Below, piece after piece: positions 36,776 through 50,045 of a DNA stretch of 59,890 nt (its first letter is position 1; the number at the start of each line of letters is the position of its first letter). The DNA lies in contig NC_068988.1 of the NCBI RefSeq assembly GCF_001194135.2, forward strand, positions 25,785,731-25,845,620. Direction: 5' to 3'. Source of the DNA: Octopus bimaculoides. Its lineage: Eukaryota. A program made the position numbers and the translations under genes. The notes below the pieces were generated by a model that worked only from the letters and a program-made list of their open reading frames with translations, was not told the DNA's origin and did not search any database.

Positions 36776-39700
36776 CATAAACGTTTCTGTACACTGTTCT
36801 TATCGTCCTTCTTAATATCTATCTACGCTTGTCTGCACACGATGGCCGAATGGTCGCTTATGTGTATTTCCTAATGGTTATTGTTATGTTGTCTTTGATA
36901 TGCTCAATATTTGTCGTAAGACAAGATTTTTCATTGATTTTTACTTCGCAGGGAAAGACTTGTAGCGATTCTCATTAACGGAATCATGAGTAGACAATTG
37001 TTAAGATGACGTACAGCTTGCTTGTTCATCGATTTGTTCCACAATTTGAATATTTGGTATTTTTCTAAATTTGGTTCATGTTTTAATGTATATAGATATA
37101 CATAAGTATGAAATGAATGTCTGTTATCATTGAGGAATCACAACAAAATGATTGGTTAATGAACAAAACGCCATAAACTTACTTTAACGTGAAAATTACA
37201 TCTTAATACAAAAATATATATTTCCTCGTTCTGTAGTAAAAATACAAGTTTACAACCACCGCATTTCTGCTAGATATATTATAAGAATATTGATTATTAA
37301 CATTGGTATAAATCAATATATTGTAGAGGCCGGATAACTACGATCCTAATGATAAGTAAATGATGAGTGAGACAGAGAAAAGGCCTCTATATGGTCTCTA
37401 TAACTGCTAGCAATACTGGCATACACACACCGAAATCACACAGCAGTATGTTTAAAATATGTGACATAAGATCAAGTAGTGTTAGATATGTTATGCTTGA
37501 TATTAAAATGCGATGGCCAGCGTTGGAATGTTTTTGGTCATATATCTGTTCAATCATATTAAGTATTATACAAAATAGCAACACCAACGATATCGAGACA
37601 GCGTGGATGCCTCTAAAGTTTAATGATTGTGCTGAAAATAGCAGCCAGCCTTCCAGCCCAAATATCACTTTTTAACCCTTGCAAAAGAAAGGCAGAACAT
37701 ATACCCAATATAATCGTTGATATATTCAAACTGGTCAAAGGTGAATGATTCTCACCATAATGATTTTTTTTATTGGGATGACTTCAAGCTAGAGCAACAG
37801 CAAAATTATTTTATTGATCCGAATTACTCTCACTTGCAGTTGATTGGTTTAGAATTATTCCGTGACACATGAATGGCACACGAACAGTTTCTAGCTAGGC
37901 TGGTATGCTTTCAAATTTTTCGTACTAGTTTTATTACTTACTCTATTGCATTTCAAACTGTTGAATTTTCCTCATATATAGTGAAGCTTTACCATATGCA
38001 AAGTAATTGGACGAGACGTTCAAATAATAAACAAAGTTCATAATATGTTATCTCGCCGTAACAAGACTACAGTTCTTGGAAGATATATATAATATGATTT
38101 AAAACACTAATCCCCAACACTCAAAAATATGATTGGTAAATTTACGTCGCACTTATAGATATGTTCAACAGAACATGAGAATATTTACACTTATAAAAGA
38201 AAGGAACATGAATATGTATTGTGAGACATTGTACATTGTTATTCGTTGCAAACTATTTCATTGCATCAGTCTCAGAGTTTTTGATAGTCATAATTAGAAA
38301 ACCTTTTCTCACATTTGTTTCATATCCCTTTGATTAACAATATATAATTTTATTCCTGTATCCTCCGTCATTCTAAATCACAAACTATAGATATATGTGT
38401 GTATGTATGTATGTATGTATGTGTTCATAGGTGTGCATATATGAATGTCTATGTATCTATGTGTCTTTATGTATGTCAGTATATATCTATGTATACAGGC
38501 GCACACACGCACACACATATACACATCCACACAACAAAGGTAGCATATGATTACATTCGTGTATCATTAGTAACATGATTGCGATGTGATAACATCTTAT
38601 ATGGATGTGTTGCGTTTGGAAATTTAAAAAATATATCTGAAGGAAACGAAAGTTGTCCTGCGACTACCGGCAGTACTAAATGTATTTCAGTCTCATTGGC
38701 ATCTTCTTAGAGCCAACGTCAGTTAAGAGAAAATTTGTGGCCGGCGATATATGAGAGATTTCTTCTTCAAATATTGTTGGCTTTGGTACACGCTACTGAT
38801 AATGGGCAATGAGGCCAAAATGAATGCCCAATCAGTCACCTTTTCTGAGAGAATGCAATACTTTCACCTAGAATTAGAAAATTGATTCAAATATATACGG
38901 CGAGGAACCCATCTTATACACAGCATGGAATACAACTTAGCTGAATGGTTCTGCATATTCTATCATTTGTCATGCACAGTCATGGTGTTCATACATCTCT
39001 CTTTCACATTTGCTAGCAGAAATCCCACTCCTTCTCACAGCAATAATGTCCAACTTTGTATTATAACACTTCGGTTAAATGAAATTATGATATCAGCTAG
39101 AGAACATATCATTTGATATTTCTTCAGACTAATCTAATTCAATTAACTTAATGTAAACTTGACACAGGAATAGAATGGTTTGCTTTCAAGTAGTCGGAAA
39201 TATATGCACTGATGCACATGGCAAATATTCCTACGTAGACACATTATTACGCAAAAACCATTACAGAAACGGAAATATATGCAGACATTCGCAGACACAT
39301 CTTCATTTATACATATACTTACGTACGTGTACGTCTATATATANNNNNNNNNNNNNNNNNNNNNNNNNNNNNNNNNNNNNNNNNNNNNNNNNNNNNNNNN
39401 NNNNNNNNNNNNNNNNNNNNNNNNNNNNNNNNNNNNNNNNNNNNNNNNNNNNNNNNNNNNNNNNNNNNNNNNNNNNNNNNNNNNNNNNNNNNNNNNNNNN
39501 NNNNNNNNNNNNNNNNNNNNNNNNNNNNNNNNNNNNNNNNNNNNNNNNNNNNNNNNNNNNNNNNNNNNNNNNNNNNNNNNNNNNNNNNNNNTATATATGA
39601 ATATGAATATATATATGTATATATATATGAGTGTGTATGTATATAGATACACGTTTATATGTGCAAGTGTGTATGCGTGCGTGAGCGGACGTGTGTGTGT

Positions 39701-40229
39701 GCGTGTGTGTGTGTATAAAACGAAAAAGAGATAAAAGTAGGAGATAGGAAAATAATCAATGGACTGAACAAAGGGACTGTGACAGTTTCTTTTGTGTATG
39801 TCGAGAAATGAATAATTCGTTGCATTATCGGATTATCGGGTCAAATCTTATTCAAATTGTCGCGTCATGTAAACGATGAGAAAAGACAGTGATGTTGGAA
39901 GCGCGGAAGAAGAATGATTACCCCGATGTAATTATCTTATTGGCTATAGTTACTTACTCATATATATTCATAAGTACTAGTAAACATAAAATTATATATA
40001 GATGCATCATAATTTTCTGTTTGTCTGTCAGTGTGTATTTCTGAGTAAAATGGTTTTGTTGATATGTCAATTATTTCTTGACATTGACTGCAATTAGTTA
40101 AAGATTAATTGAGGTTGATCTTAAAAGGCATGGAAAACGCTATACAGAAATAATCTAATGTCAGTATCTACTATTATTTGTCCAAGGAAATACCACGTTA
40201 ATCAGTAATTCTTTTCCAGAAATAGATAT

Positions 40230-40533
40230 GTTGTTGTTGTTGTTTGTTCCTTCTCGAGCCTTGTCTGCCTCATAAGGGCCAGTTTCCCGGTTTCATTGGC
40301 GTATATTTTCCCCCATACCGGTCTGACACAGGTAAGCTGCTAGATGCAGGACGAAAGAGTGAGAGAAAATTGTGGCGGAAGAGTCAGCAGAAGTTCGCAA
40401 TTACCTTCTGCTGGAGCCGCGTGGGGCTTAGGTGTTTGGTTCATAAACACACAGATCACCTGGTGTAAGATTCGAACCCGCGATCCCTCGACCACGAGAC
40501 CGCTGCTCTAACCACTAGGCCATGTGCCTCCAA
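40230..40533 (-). mobile_element. tRNA-type SINE (head C, body X, tail Q ending in (CAA)n), with 10-bp TSD
   Basis: Minus strand tggaggcacatggcctagtggttagagcagcgg...gggttcgaatc; (ttg)n at the left end is the tail. aaatagatat occurs at 40220-40229 and 40534-40543. Confidence 0.92.
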
Positions 40534-42580
40534 AAATAGATATATATATATAAAATTATTTTATTACTGCCATAGCTTTAAAATTTTAATTTTTACTCGA
40601 ACCAAAAGATGGCTCATGAAACATTTTCACTTCTGATGTATCATTGATTGTGTGCATGCGGTATGGTATTCTAGTTATTTTTCATCATTCGATCTTTGGC
40701 AGTAACACTTTGAGGGGAAAACTAATAATAATATCAACGAATTTTGATGAACATAGGAAAAATATTTTTCAATCATAGAATTCAGATTTTTTCTCTCTCT
40801 AAAAAGGAACTTCAACTGATTATAACGCTACAAACGTACTTCTTAGGATGAAAACACGCTGGCAGACACACTACAAACACACAGACACTGACACACACGC
40901 ACACACACACACATATGGATGTATAAATACATGCATGCATAAATCCTATGCATGCGCATATACACACTCCTGTTTTGTGTATTTTGGCTTATGAAAATGT
41001 CTATACGTTAATCACTAATTCGGTTGAGCAAATGATAATTTCCCTTCCTTCTAGAAAAGTGCTGTTTTTCATTAAAAACGTAAACTGTTTAGATATAGTG
41101 ATTTCACATATTAGTGTTATCATAGGCCTTTGAACTGTTGGCTTCAGAATCATTTCTTTTTATCATTGCAGCTCTAATCTATAAGAATGGGAATAAAGAA
41201 ATACAGGAATAGCTGAATATATATAAAAAAGAAAAAAAAACACCAGTAAAATTATCTCGTAAATCATGTTATTCATTTGCCGAATTAAAAAACGTTATCT
41301 TGCAGCTAAACTATTCCCACACCAACTCATCTGCTTTTATATTTCAGCTATTGCTGAGCGAACGAACTGAAATTATGTTAAAAGGACAAAACCAACACTC
41401 TAAAATATTAATATTCTTAAGCTTAATCTGAAATTAGTTATGGAACTAGGCTGGGGCAATTTATAATGAGATGAGATAAAAACTGCAGTTCTTCTTGATT
41501 TAAAATCAGAAAGCATGATGGCATTTATTATGTTGATGAGAAAAAAAGAGGGAAGAAGAAGAAGGGAAGTTAACGTTTATATCACACAGCATCTTCACGG
41601 ATATTCTAAATAACGCTTCACAATATTCTACAGTTACACAAGATATTTAGAAATATGTGATCGAAGGTTTAGAGTATTATATTTAGTGTACGTAAAAATA
41701 AATTATTTCTCAATAGTCTAAGAAAAAATAATTGCGTTTAGAATTTTGATCGGTTGTCATTTTGACAATCTTACTGATGCTGGATAAAATCTGAACCATT
41801 TCCTTGTAGGTGATCGGAAGCATTGAAACCAATACACTACATTATTTTCGAATGAGATATGCCAGATTGCCTCAAAATGAATTTCTTTTCAGTAGTTTAT
41901 ATTAGTTATTATCTGGATTACTTTAAGGCATGTCCTAGATTCCATTCTTTAACATCTATGTTATAAGCTGACATATCACATACGATCGTCTTGGCAGGTT
42001 TTCCATGCGCACACTTATATGAAAACCTACTCTCTTTCTCTCCTGTTTTTTCTTTGGTCTCTAGTGTTTTTTTTTTTCTGACTACCCTAGAGGCAATTTC
42101 TACAACAAATCTCATTGTTTCATGGTTTCTGCCCAAGTAATGTATCGTGTTATCTTTTTTGTATTACATGTTGAATTTACAGGAAGCTTATTTGCTCCAA
42201 TACATTACCTATATATATATGTTTCTATAAGGTAAGTTATATACACATATATTACCTCATTTAACAAAAACTATGTCTATATCTGTCACCTATCCTATTT
42301 GTATACTTGATGTAATTTTAGAGTTTGAATGAAAAAGCAATCATAGCTTCGAATGTTTCTAGTAAGAAATCAAGTTAGTCTTACTCTAGCATTCATTGAC
42401 GCTATTAGTAAGTGATACAAATTCCCATTTTCTATTTTACTGACAGAAGGAAGATGCGTATGCTAGGTTCTCCTCATAAGACAACTGACACAACTTAGAC
42501 GTTGAAATTAAAGTCATCACCGCCTGAGAAAAGCAAAATCGAGTAAAATTGTTTGATGGTGGTATTTATTCATATATTTA

Positions 42581-42627
<47 letters not shown>

Positions 42628-43077
42628 NNNNNNNNNNNNNNNNNNNNNNNNNNNNNNNNNNNNNNNNNNNNNNNNNNNNNNNNNNNNNNNNNNNNNNNNN
42701 NNNNNNNNNNNNNNNNNNNNNNNNNNNNNNNNNNNNNNNNNNNNNNNNNNNNNNNNNNNNNNNNNNNNNNNNNNNNNNNNNNNNNNNNNNNNNNNNNNNN
42801 NNNNNNNNNNNNNNNNNNNNNNNNNNNNNNNNNNNNNNNNNNNNNNNNNNNNNNNNNNNNNNNNNNNNNNNNNNNNNNNNNNNNNNNNNNNNNNNNNNNN
42901 NNNNNNNNNNNNNNNNNNNNNNNNNNNNNNNNNNNNNNNNNNNNNNNNNNNNNNNNNNNNNNNNNNNNNNNNNNNNNNNNNNNNNNNNNNNNNNNNNNNN
43001 NNNNNNNNNNNNNNNNNNNNNNNNNNNNNNNNNNNNNNNNNNNNNNNNNNNNNNNNNNNNNNNNNNNNNNNNNNNNN

Positions 43078-43121
<44 letters not shown>

Positions 43122-43129
43122 GTGGGGGT

Positions 43130-43600
43130 CACTTATTCTATCGGGCTCTTTTGCCGATCCGGTAAGTTACGGGAACATAAACATCCAAACACTGCTTGGT
43201 AAGTGATGTTGGGTGACAAATACACAAGTACAGACAAAATGACACACACACACACATACATGCATATATATGTATGCATGTGTGTATTTTTGTGTTTGTG
43301 CTTGTCCCCACCATCGTCTGACAACCGGAGTTGTTGAGCGTGTGTTTGTATATATACATACCTTCATACATACATACATACATACATACATACACATATG
43401 TATGTATATATGTATGTATGTAAGCATTTATGTATGTATGTATACGACAAACTACTTTCAGTTTCCGTCTATCATATCCACTTATAAAACCTGATGGCTA
43501 TAGTAAAAGACACTTGCCTAAGCTTGTCACACTGTGTTTAGTTAAACCCGGAAAGATAGAGTTGTGGAGCAAGCTTCTGACCAAAGAGCTACGCAGCACA
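43130..43600 (-). mobile_element. SINE family B, decayed, with expanded internal microsatellite
   Basis: acttattctatcgggctcttttgccgatccggtaagttacggg at the left and tttcagtttccgtctatcatatccactt...ggctatagtaaaagacacttgcc at the right, both matching 51550-51936. Confidence 0.8.
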
Positions 43601-44184
43601 CCCCATCCTGAAATAATCTCACAATACATTTCAAATGTTTTAGGTATACTAATCAGCGAATTTACAAGTGTCAGTCTTCTAAAACGTCCCTCCAGACACC
43701 GTTCCGATCTCTTTTACCCAACTGCTCTTTATTTAGTTTATAGCCTGTCAGAGGCTCGTTAAAATGACGCATTTAGAACCTTCTTATATATTCTACATGT
43801 GAAGAAAATCATATGAGTTATACTTATTTAGTATTAATACCTAATGCAGCTACAATGTTTATGATTTCACTCGTAATAGTAATGAAACCTAATTACAGTT
43901 TGTGAAAGAGTATCAGCCAGTCACATTGTCTGCTAAGTAGGATTGATCAATACATAATCACGAGATTCACAAACATACACGCACAGATATACATGCACAC
44001 ATGCACACACGTACCTATAAAATCTGTGTATGTGTGAGTGTGCATATATATATGTATATATATGTGTATATATATGTATACATATATATATATATATACA
44101 ATATATATATATACTATATATATATACATATATGTACATGTATATATATTTATATATGCATATATATACCTATACATATGTATG

Positions 44185-44223
<39 letters not shown>

Positions 44224-45360
44224 CAAATGCAGATACACCCACGTATATTTTAGTATTTTATGTCGTAGTAGATTGCCTGTATCTCTTTAAATAATCATAA
44301 ACTTTTGGCAAAATTATGCGAACTCAAGTGTCAGGGACTGAATGTATAAATGTATAAATGAACTCTTCTGTTATACATTCAGAAAATTACAGAATAAAAC
44401 TCATATGAAATCATACCAGTAGTGACTAGTATTGAACATTATTGGAAACGTTACCAACGTTCAGCGCCGAATTAACACTATTCTGCTGTGATCATCCGGT
44501 TATGTGAGGGTTAATGTGCCTAAGCAGATCATATAATATTCTTCATTTCTTTCAAGGGTGGATTGTTTGATTTGAGGGATATTTGACTGCTTCTCTGCGC
44601 TGAACAATACGGAAGTAGCCTCGTTTAATTTCGTGTATTAATCATCCTACTATTTTTAGACTTTAACAATGCACGTCTTGTGAACGTTACCATGGGTTAT
44701 TATGCTTTCACATTTTAATGCATTACTATTGCTAAGAGTGACAAGTGCACAATAGCAATAATATCTTATGTTATTCAGCATTATATTACGGAAGAAAATA
44801 TTGGTTTCGTACGAGGAACTACCTGCACAAGAAAGAAACAACGTGATTTTGATATTTACTGCAGAATTTTATTTGCTCTTAGGACATGTGTCTGCTCATA
44901 GTTCATCCTCTCTCCTTACTCTTCACACCGAAATTGCTCTTATGTCTAAATTAGGGACAAGTGATTTAACACTGCTGTATCATTTGAATCGAAGTTTAGA
45001 AAATTGGAAGATTTTTTAAGCGGGGAACGATCTCGATAAAAGAAATCACTGATATATATAAAAAAATATGTACGTATATATGTTTATATGTATTTATATG
45101 ATTAATCTTACCATACCTGTAATATGTGTGGAGAGGCAGACATGTTAACCATGTATCAGCATGTTAAGACCGGGTAAATTTTATTTGAAGCAATTTAGCA
45201 CTGTTTTTGCATTAAATAAAGTTTCTTCGTACAAGAACGAGATTATGTTAAAAGTGCATCTTTATAGCATTGGCTTTATTGATTGTTGTGCAAGATGACG
45301 TGGATTCACAGCATGCTGAACAACATTCGTATGTGCGATGTGCGTGAACATTATAAATAC

Positions 45361-45510
45361 ATGCATACCTACCTACCTACTTGCCTGACTGCCTGCCTAC
45401 CTACCTACCTACTTACCTACCTACCTACCTACCTACCTACCTACCTACCTACCTGCCTACCTACCTACCTACATACATACATACATACATACATGCATAC
45501 ATACATACAT
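45361..45510. repeat. (CCTA)n-(CATA)n compound tetranucleotide array
   Basis: Read directly; gives the PTYL pseudo-ORFs. Confidence 0.95.
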
Positions 45511-45539
45511 ATTGGTATATAGCAATACTACACAGTGGT

Positions 45540-45680
45540 TCTGTGAGCTACAAAATCCTCGTCACCACTTTTACATCACACGTTCGGATGACCTCATCTC
45601 AACTACCTCGACGTCTAGATTTCTCCCTCTATACCTACGTATTGGGCTAGCCTACGTCATCGTTTGAGGGCGTCGATACA
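45540..45680 (-). mobile_element. Possible decayed LINE (RTE-like) C-terminal remnant
   Basis: Minus frame REKSRRRGS*DEVIRTCDVK loosely resembles the RGRPR..WDEVI..D C-terminal motif. Confidence 0.25.
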
Positions 45681-45735
45681 ACACATATATACATACATAT
45701 ATACATACATATATATATATATATANNNNNNNNNN

Positions 45736-46132
45736 TCCCAAGTCCCAACAAAAATATTCTCTGGAATAATGAAACCAATAATGACAAACAGAACACAGGC
45801 AATCGATATGATATTGTCGTCAAGGACGAAACGATAAAGAAATGCTCCATCGCAAGGTAAAGACGTGCCTCCTAATTGAAGCATCAATCCCAAAAGATAT
45901 TAATAGATCTCTGAAGTAAATTGGAAAGTATCCATATAAATATATCTGAGAATGTTGGAAACCAGAGTGCGGAGGATGGATACAGAACCAATCCTTATAA
46001 TAACAGTTTCCTTGTAATTGATTCATGAAAAAAAAAAAAAGCAGAACCAAAGCAAAACCAAAGCAAAACACGGAATGGATCCAAAGCATGCACACAGCTG
46101 CGCTTGTTAGTGCTATGAAAGCTCGAACATAG
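45736..46132 (+). mobile_element. R4/Dong-like LINE 3' end (restriction-like endonuclease domain), inactive
   Basis: NILWNNETNNDKQNTGNRYDIVVKDET, TCLLIEASIPKDINRSLK*IGKY, RMDTEPILII and IQSMHTAALVSAMKART* follow the ILWD...NRPDIVV..K...LLID..IP.D.N...KE.EK..KY...PI.IGALG...IQK.ALLGT order of RLE domains. An A-rich then (TAA/TGA)n tail follows. Confidence 0.85.
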
Positions 46133-46139
46133 AAAAAAA

Positions 46140-46162
46140 ATAATGATGATAATAATAATTAA

Positions 46163-46199
<37 letters not shown>

Positions 46200-46320
46200 C
46201 GAAGAAGATGAAAAATAAACGAAAAAAGAAAAGAATGAAAAGAAGAATGCAAAATATTTAAATACAAGTATGACGATGATGATGATGATGATGACGACGA
46301 CGACGACGACAACGACGATG
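46140..46320. repeat. (GAT)n/(TAA)n/(GAC)n arrays with purine-rich spacer
   Basis: Read directly. Confidence 0.9.
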
Positions 46321-48061
46321 CTTGCGGTGTGCTTAAAGAAAAAAAAAGAAGTGTAGGAAAGAAAGTTTGCTAAGGAAAAAGAGCCGATAACGAAAAGGAA
46401 AACAGAACCAAAAAATTACATGAACATTCTAATAAAATCATTAGATAATATGCTGTACCAATTTGTATTAAGAGCATTTAATAATTTTGAGTGAAAGTAC
46501 TCAACCTTCATTAGTTAATAGGTGGAAATACTTCATCATATTGAAACAGATTGAGAATACAGCACCAGTATTGCTACGATTTTTAATATCTTTTAAAATT
46601 ATTTTTTCAACTTGTTAACTACGTTCTCTAGCATTAGAGGCAGATAAAACAATTCCTATTTCCATTACGTTATTGGGTTTTCCTTTCGTATTTCTGTTTG
46701 AGCATACTCATAAAGAATACTTGTCTGCAATTTGAAAGAAAATTCAGCATACCTTCGTATTAGTATAATTTAATAACAGAATATATTGTAATTTTAGATT
46801 CAAACACATCTTTTGAGATTTAGAAGCTTCCCTTTTCAAAGATTTATGTGCCTTTCATAATAATGGTGCAGATGATTTACATCTTAATGATTGATATGTT
46901 TCTGCTTTTAAATATCGACATGCTCACACTTTTAAACGTTTCTACACGAAATTTAAATAACCTTCCAACACAGCAATGTTTCCACCCATCCCACCAAATA
47001 GGATGGAAAATTAATCAATCAGTCTAGTTTGTACCTTTACAAGACCATCATAACAAAAATAATATTCACTTTCAGTCCATAGAATGATTAGTGGCTGACG
47101 GCTATATATAGTGTCTATATGGTGTTATGATGTACAGATGTAAACGCGTCTGTCTGATTCGCATAATGTGAATTAGTTAATTTATAATAAGTTGCACAAC
47201 ATGAAGGTTAAATGTTGATGTTTTTTATACTTCGAAATATAATTTATAAATTTTTAAGACGGAATCTGCTTAACTCTCATAAACCTGAAACACAGAATTG
47301 GTGTTTAAACCTCAAAGTTTTATTTCATTGTTGCTAGAGAATGTGTTCAATCCTTGACAGAAAAATAAAGCTATCGTAACAAAACTAGAAATTTTTCAGA
47401 TTTTTCAACTTTTATGCCCTTGAGCAGATATTAATCACTTGCAGAACTACACTGTTTAAATTTTACAGCCAACAAGAATTATGTGTATATTGGAAACGTA
47501 TAATTTACACTTTAGTTTATGAAAGAAGCTTTGATACAATAATGTTTAAATAAATTAATCTACGTTGTCAGCGCCTGTACTGTCTTGCAAATTAATAAAT
47601 TAGTAGAAAGCAATGTATTGCAATTACGCCTTCTTGTAAAAACTTTGAAACTGAAAGTGGACAAGTAGCGCTTTAAATGAACATATGTACTAGCTATAGA
47701 TTAAATGAACATATTAATAAACTAGACAAAACATGACAGAAGAAGAGTAAACTAGAAAATAACATGTTACGAGATATCAAAAATGATTAGCAGCATAAGG
47801 AAGAACAAACAGCAAGTATGTAAAATCGTGAACTATTTGAAATGAAATGCATCTGACAAATTATACTGCTATCATGAAATGCATAAAGTCTGTTACTTAA
47901 GTAATATATTTCCGAAACATTCGCGCCCGTCAGGTCCGAAGGCATTTGAAACAAGATACATAATTGCAATCGACTCCAGGCCTTTTTTTTTTTTCGCCTC
48001 GTACTTATTATATAGGGCTCTTTTGCTAAACCGCCAGATTACCGGTACGTAGATACATTGG

Positions 48062-48295
48062 GTGGATTAAGTAGATGTAAACTGAAAGGAGCTTGTCATA
48101 TATATATATATATATATATGTGTGTGTATATATATATGTANNNNNNNNNNNNNNNNNNNNNNNNNNNNNNNNNNNNNNNNNNNNNNNNNNNNNNNNNNNN
48201 NNNNNNNNNNNNNNNNNNNNNNNNNNNNNNNNNNNNNNNNNNNNNNNNNNNNNNNNNNNNNNNNNNNNNNNNNNNNNNNNNNNNNNNNNNNNNNN

Positions 48296-48340
<45 letters not shown>

Positions 48341-48341
48341 G

Positions 48342-48372
<31 letters not shown>

Positions 48373-48535
48373 GTGCGTGTGTGTGTGTGTGTGTGTGTGA
48401 GTATATTCATATATATACATTTGTGTGTGCGTGCACGAGTGTGTGTGTCTGTATGTGTCCTTTGTGTGTGTGGTTGACCGCCGTCACCACTTGGGAACCG
48501 ATGTTGGTATTTCTACGTCCCCGTAACTTAAGCAT
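48062..48535 (+). mobile_element. SINE family B, 5'-truncated, internal microsatellite spanning a gap
   Basis: gtggattaagtagatgtaaactgaaaggagcttgtc, then (TA)n, gap 48141-48295, (TG)n, then accgatgttggtatttctacgtccccgtaactta. Confidence 0.75.
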
Positions 48536-48969
48536 AAATAGATATATATGCGTTGCATTCCCTCGATTTCGGTACCGTGTATATTTATTAAAGTAGTTTG
48601 AATTTTGTGTCCCATTACAGCGTTAAGCGTTTACTAATAGTAATTGCCCTTAATATAATTAATATCTTTATATTTAAAGGATAAAATTATATACGTTGTA
48701 TAAATTTTTTCCTAATTTTTCACGCTAGCTACTTGATATATTCTTTAATAAGTTTTATCCTTATATGTTGTGCATACATACATACATACATATACATATA
48801 TANNNNNNNNNNNNNNNNNNNNNNNNNNNNNNNNNNNNNNNNNNNNNNNNNNNNNNNNNNNNNNNNNNNNNNNNNNNNNNNNNNNNNNNNNNNNNNNNNN
48901 NNNNNNNNNNNNNNNNNNNNNNNNNNNNNNNNNNNNNNNNNNNNNNNNNNNNNNNNNNNNNNNNNNNNN

Positions 48970-49008
<39 letters not shown>

Positions 49009-49646
49009 CAGGCATAAAACTGGGTGTTTGTATGTGGTGTATACATGATTCTCAGTTAGAGTTTGAAAATAACCCATTTTAATTTTGTTAATGTATATTA
49101 TTCAGATTAGTCGTTTGTAGCACAATACAATGTTAATGGAATACTACTTTCAATGTTTGCTTGTTCTCAGAAGATTTATTTTCTCATGTATTGTCTTCGA
49201 TTCATTAATTATACATAGGAAGACGTTTACATTTTCGAAACCTGCCTAAGAAAGTAGTTACATTGTGGTAGAATCCAATTAGTGAGACAGCATACATTGA
49301 CAACGAAACTATTTCTCTAGAATTGTTCTCAGGTGGCTTCATCAGCATGTCTCGTCAAAATGAGCAAATGTAATCATAGAATATCTAAATTTGTGATGTC
49401 ACTGTTTGTACACATATGTTACAATTTCCACCTGAGGCTTCAAAGCAAATATTCCCCTAAGATGATACAAAATTCGTTATAATTACATAGTTAACCTTTG
49501 GTAAATAAAACGGTATTAATCATCTGTATTATGTTGTCGCGCAGAATTTCTGAATAAACACATGTGTCCATACATAAATACATACATACATGCATGCATA
49601 CATACATACATACATACATACATACATACATACATACATACATACA

Positions 49647-50045
49647 TACGCTGAACTATTGAGAAATCTGCAGTTATTCTATACAGATTATAAATTCATG
49701 TTTATACCTTTGACAATTGGGGCCCTGGGATATGTAACACACTGCCGATATACCAATCTTGAGAAATTAGGCTTCTCAAAACTAGAAAGGAGAAAGCTGA
49801 TTCGAAGACTACCAATCCAATCCATCACTGGCGCTGTTAAAAATTGTAAAACTTTCCACGTGTAGATATTGAAGTATATGCATGAGAAGACATACATAAA
49901 ACAAAACAAACAAACGTGCACATATACATACATACACAAATACCCTGTTGTTGATGTTGAAATTCCAATGAAGCCCCTTGGATCTGAGTTAGAAAGCGAC
50001 TCTTTCTCTATTGGTAAACATCTTGAAATAAAACTGAATGATGAC
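49647..50045 (+). mobile_element. 3' end of an RLE-type non-LTR retrotransposon (ORF C-terminus plus 3' UTR) embedded in (CATA)n
   Basis: Open frame [72 protein letters not shown] (stop 49863-49865) carries the P..IGALG...L..LG...IQ...GT-type RLE C-terminal signature. AATAAA at 50027-50032, then gacatac. Confidence 0.8.

Noticed and set aside
36925-37058. Strong plus-strand acceptor (tttttacttcgcag) at 36951
   Set aside because: All frames close within 60 nt and the next donor is weak, so nothing supports an exon.
42183-42236. AG...AAG|GTAAGT pair enclosing about 49 nt
   Set aside because: The enclosed sequence contains a (TA)n run and has no coding character; likely cryptic sites.
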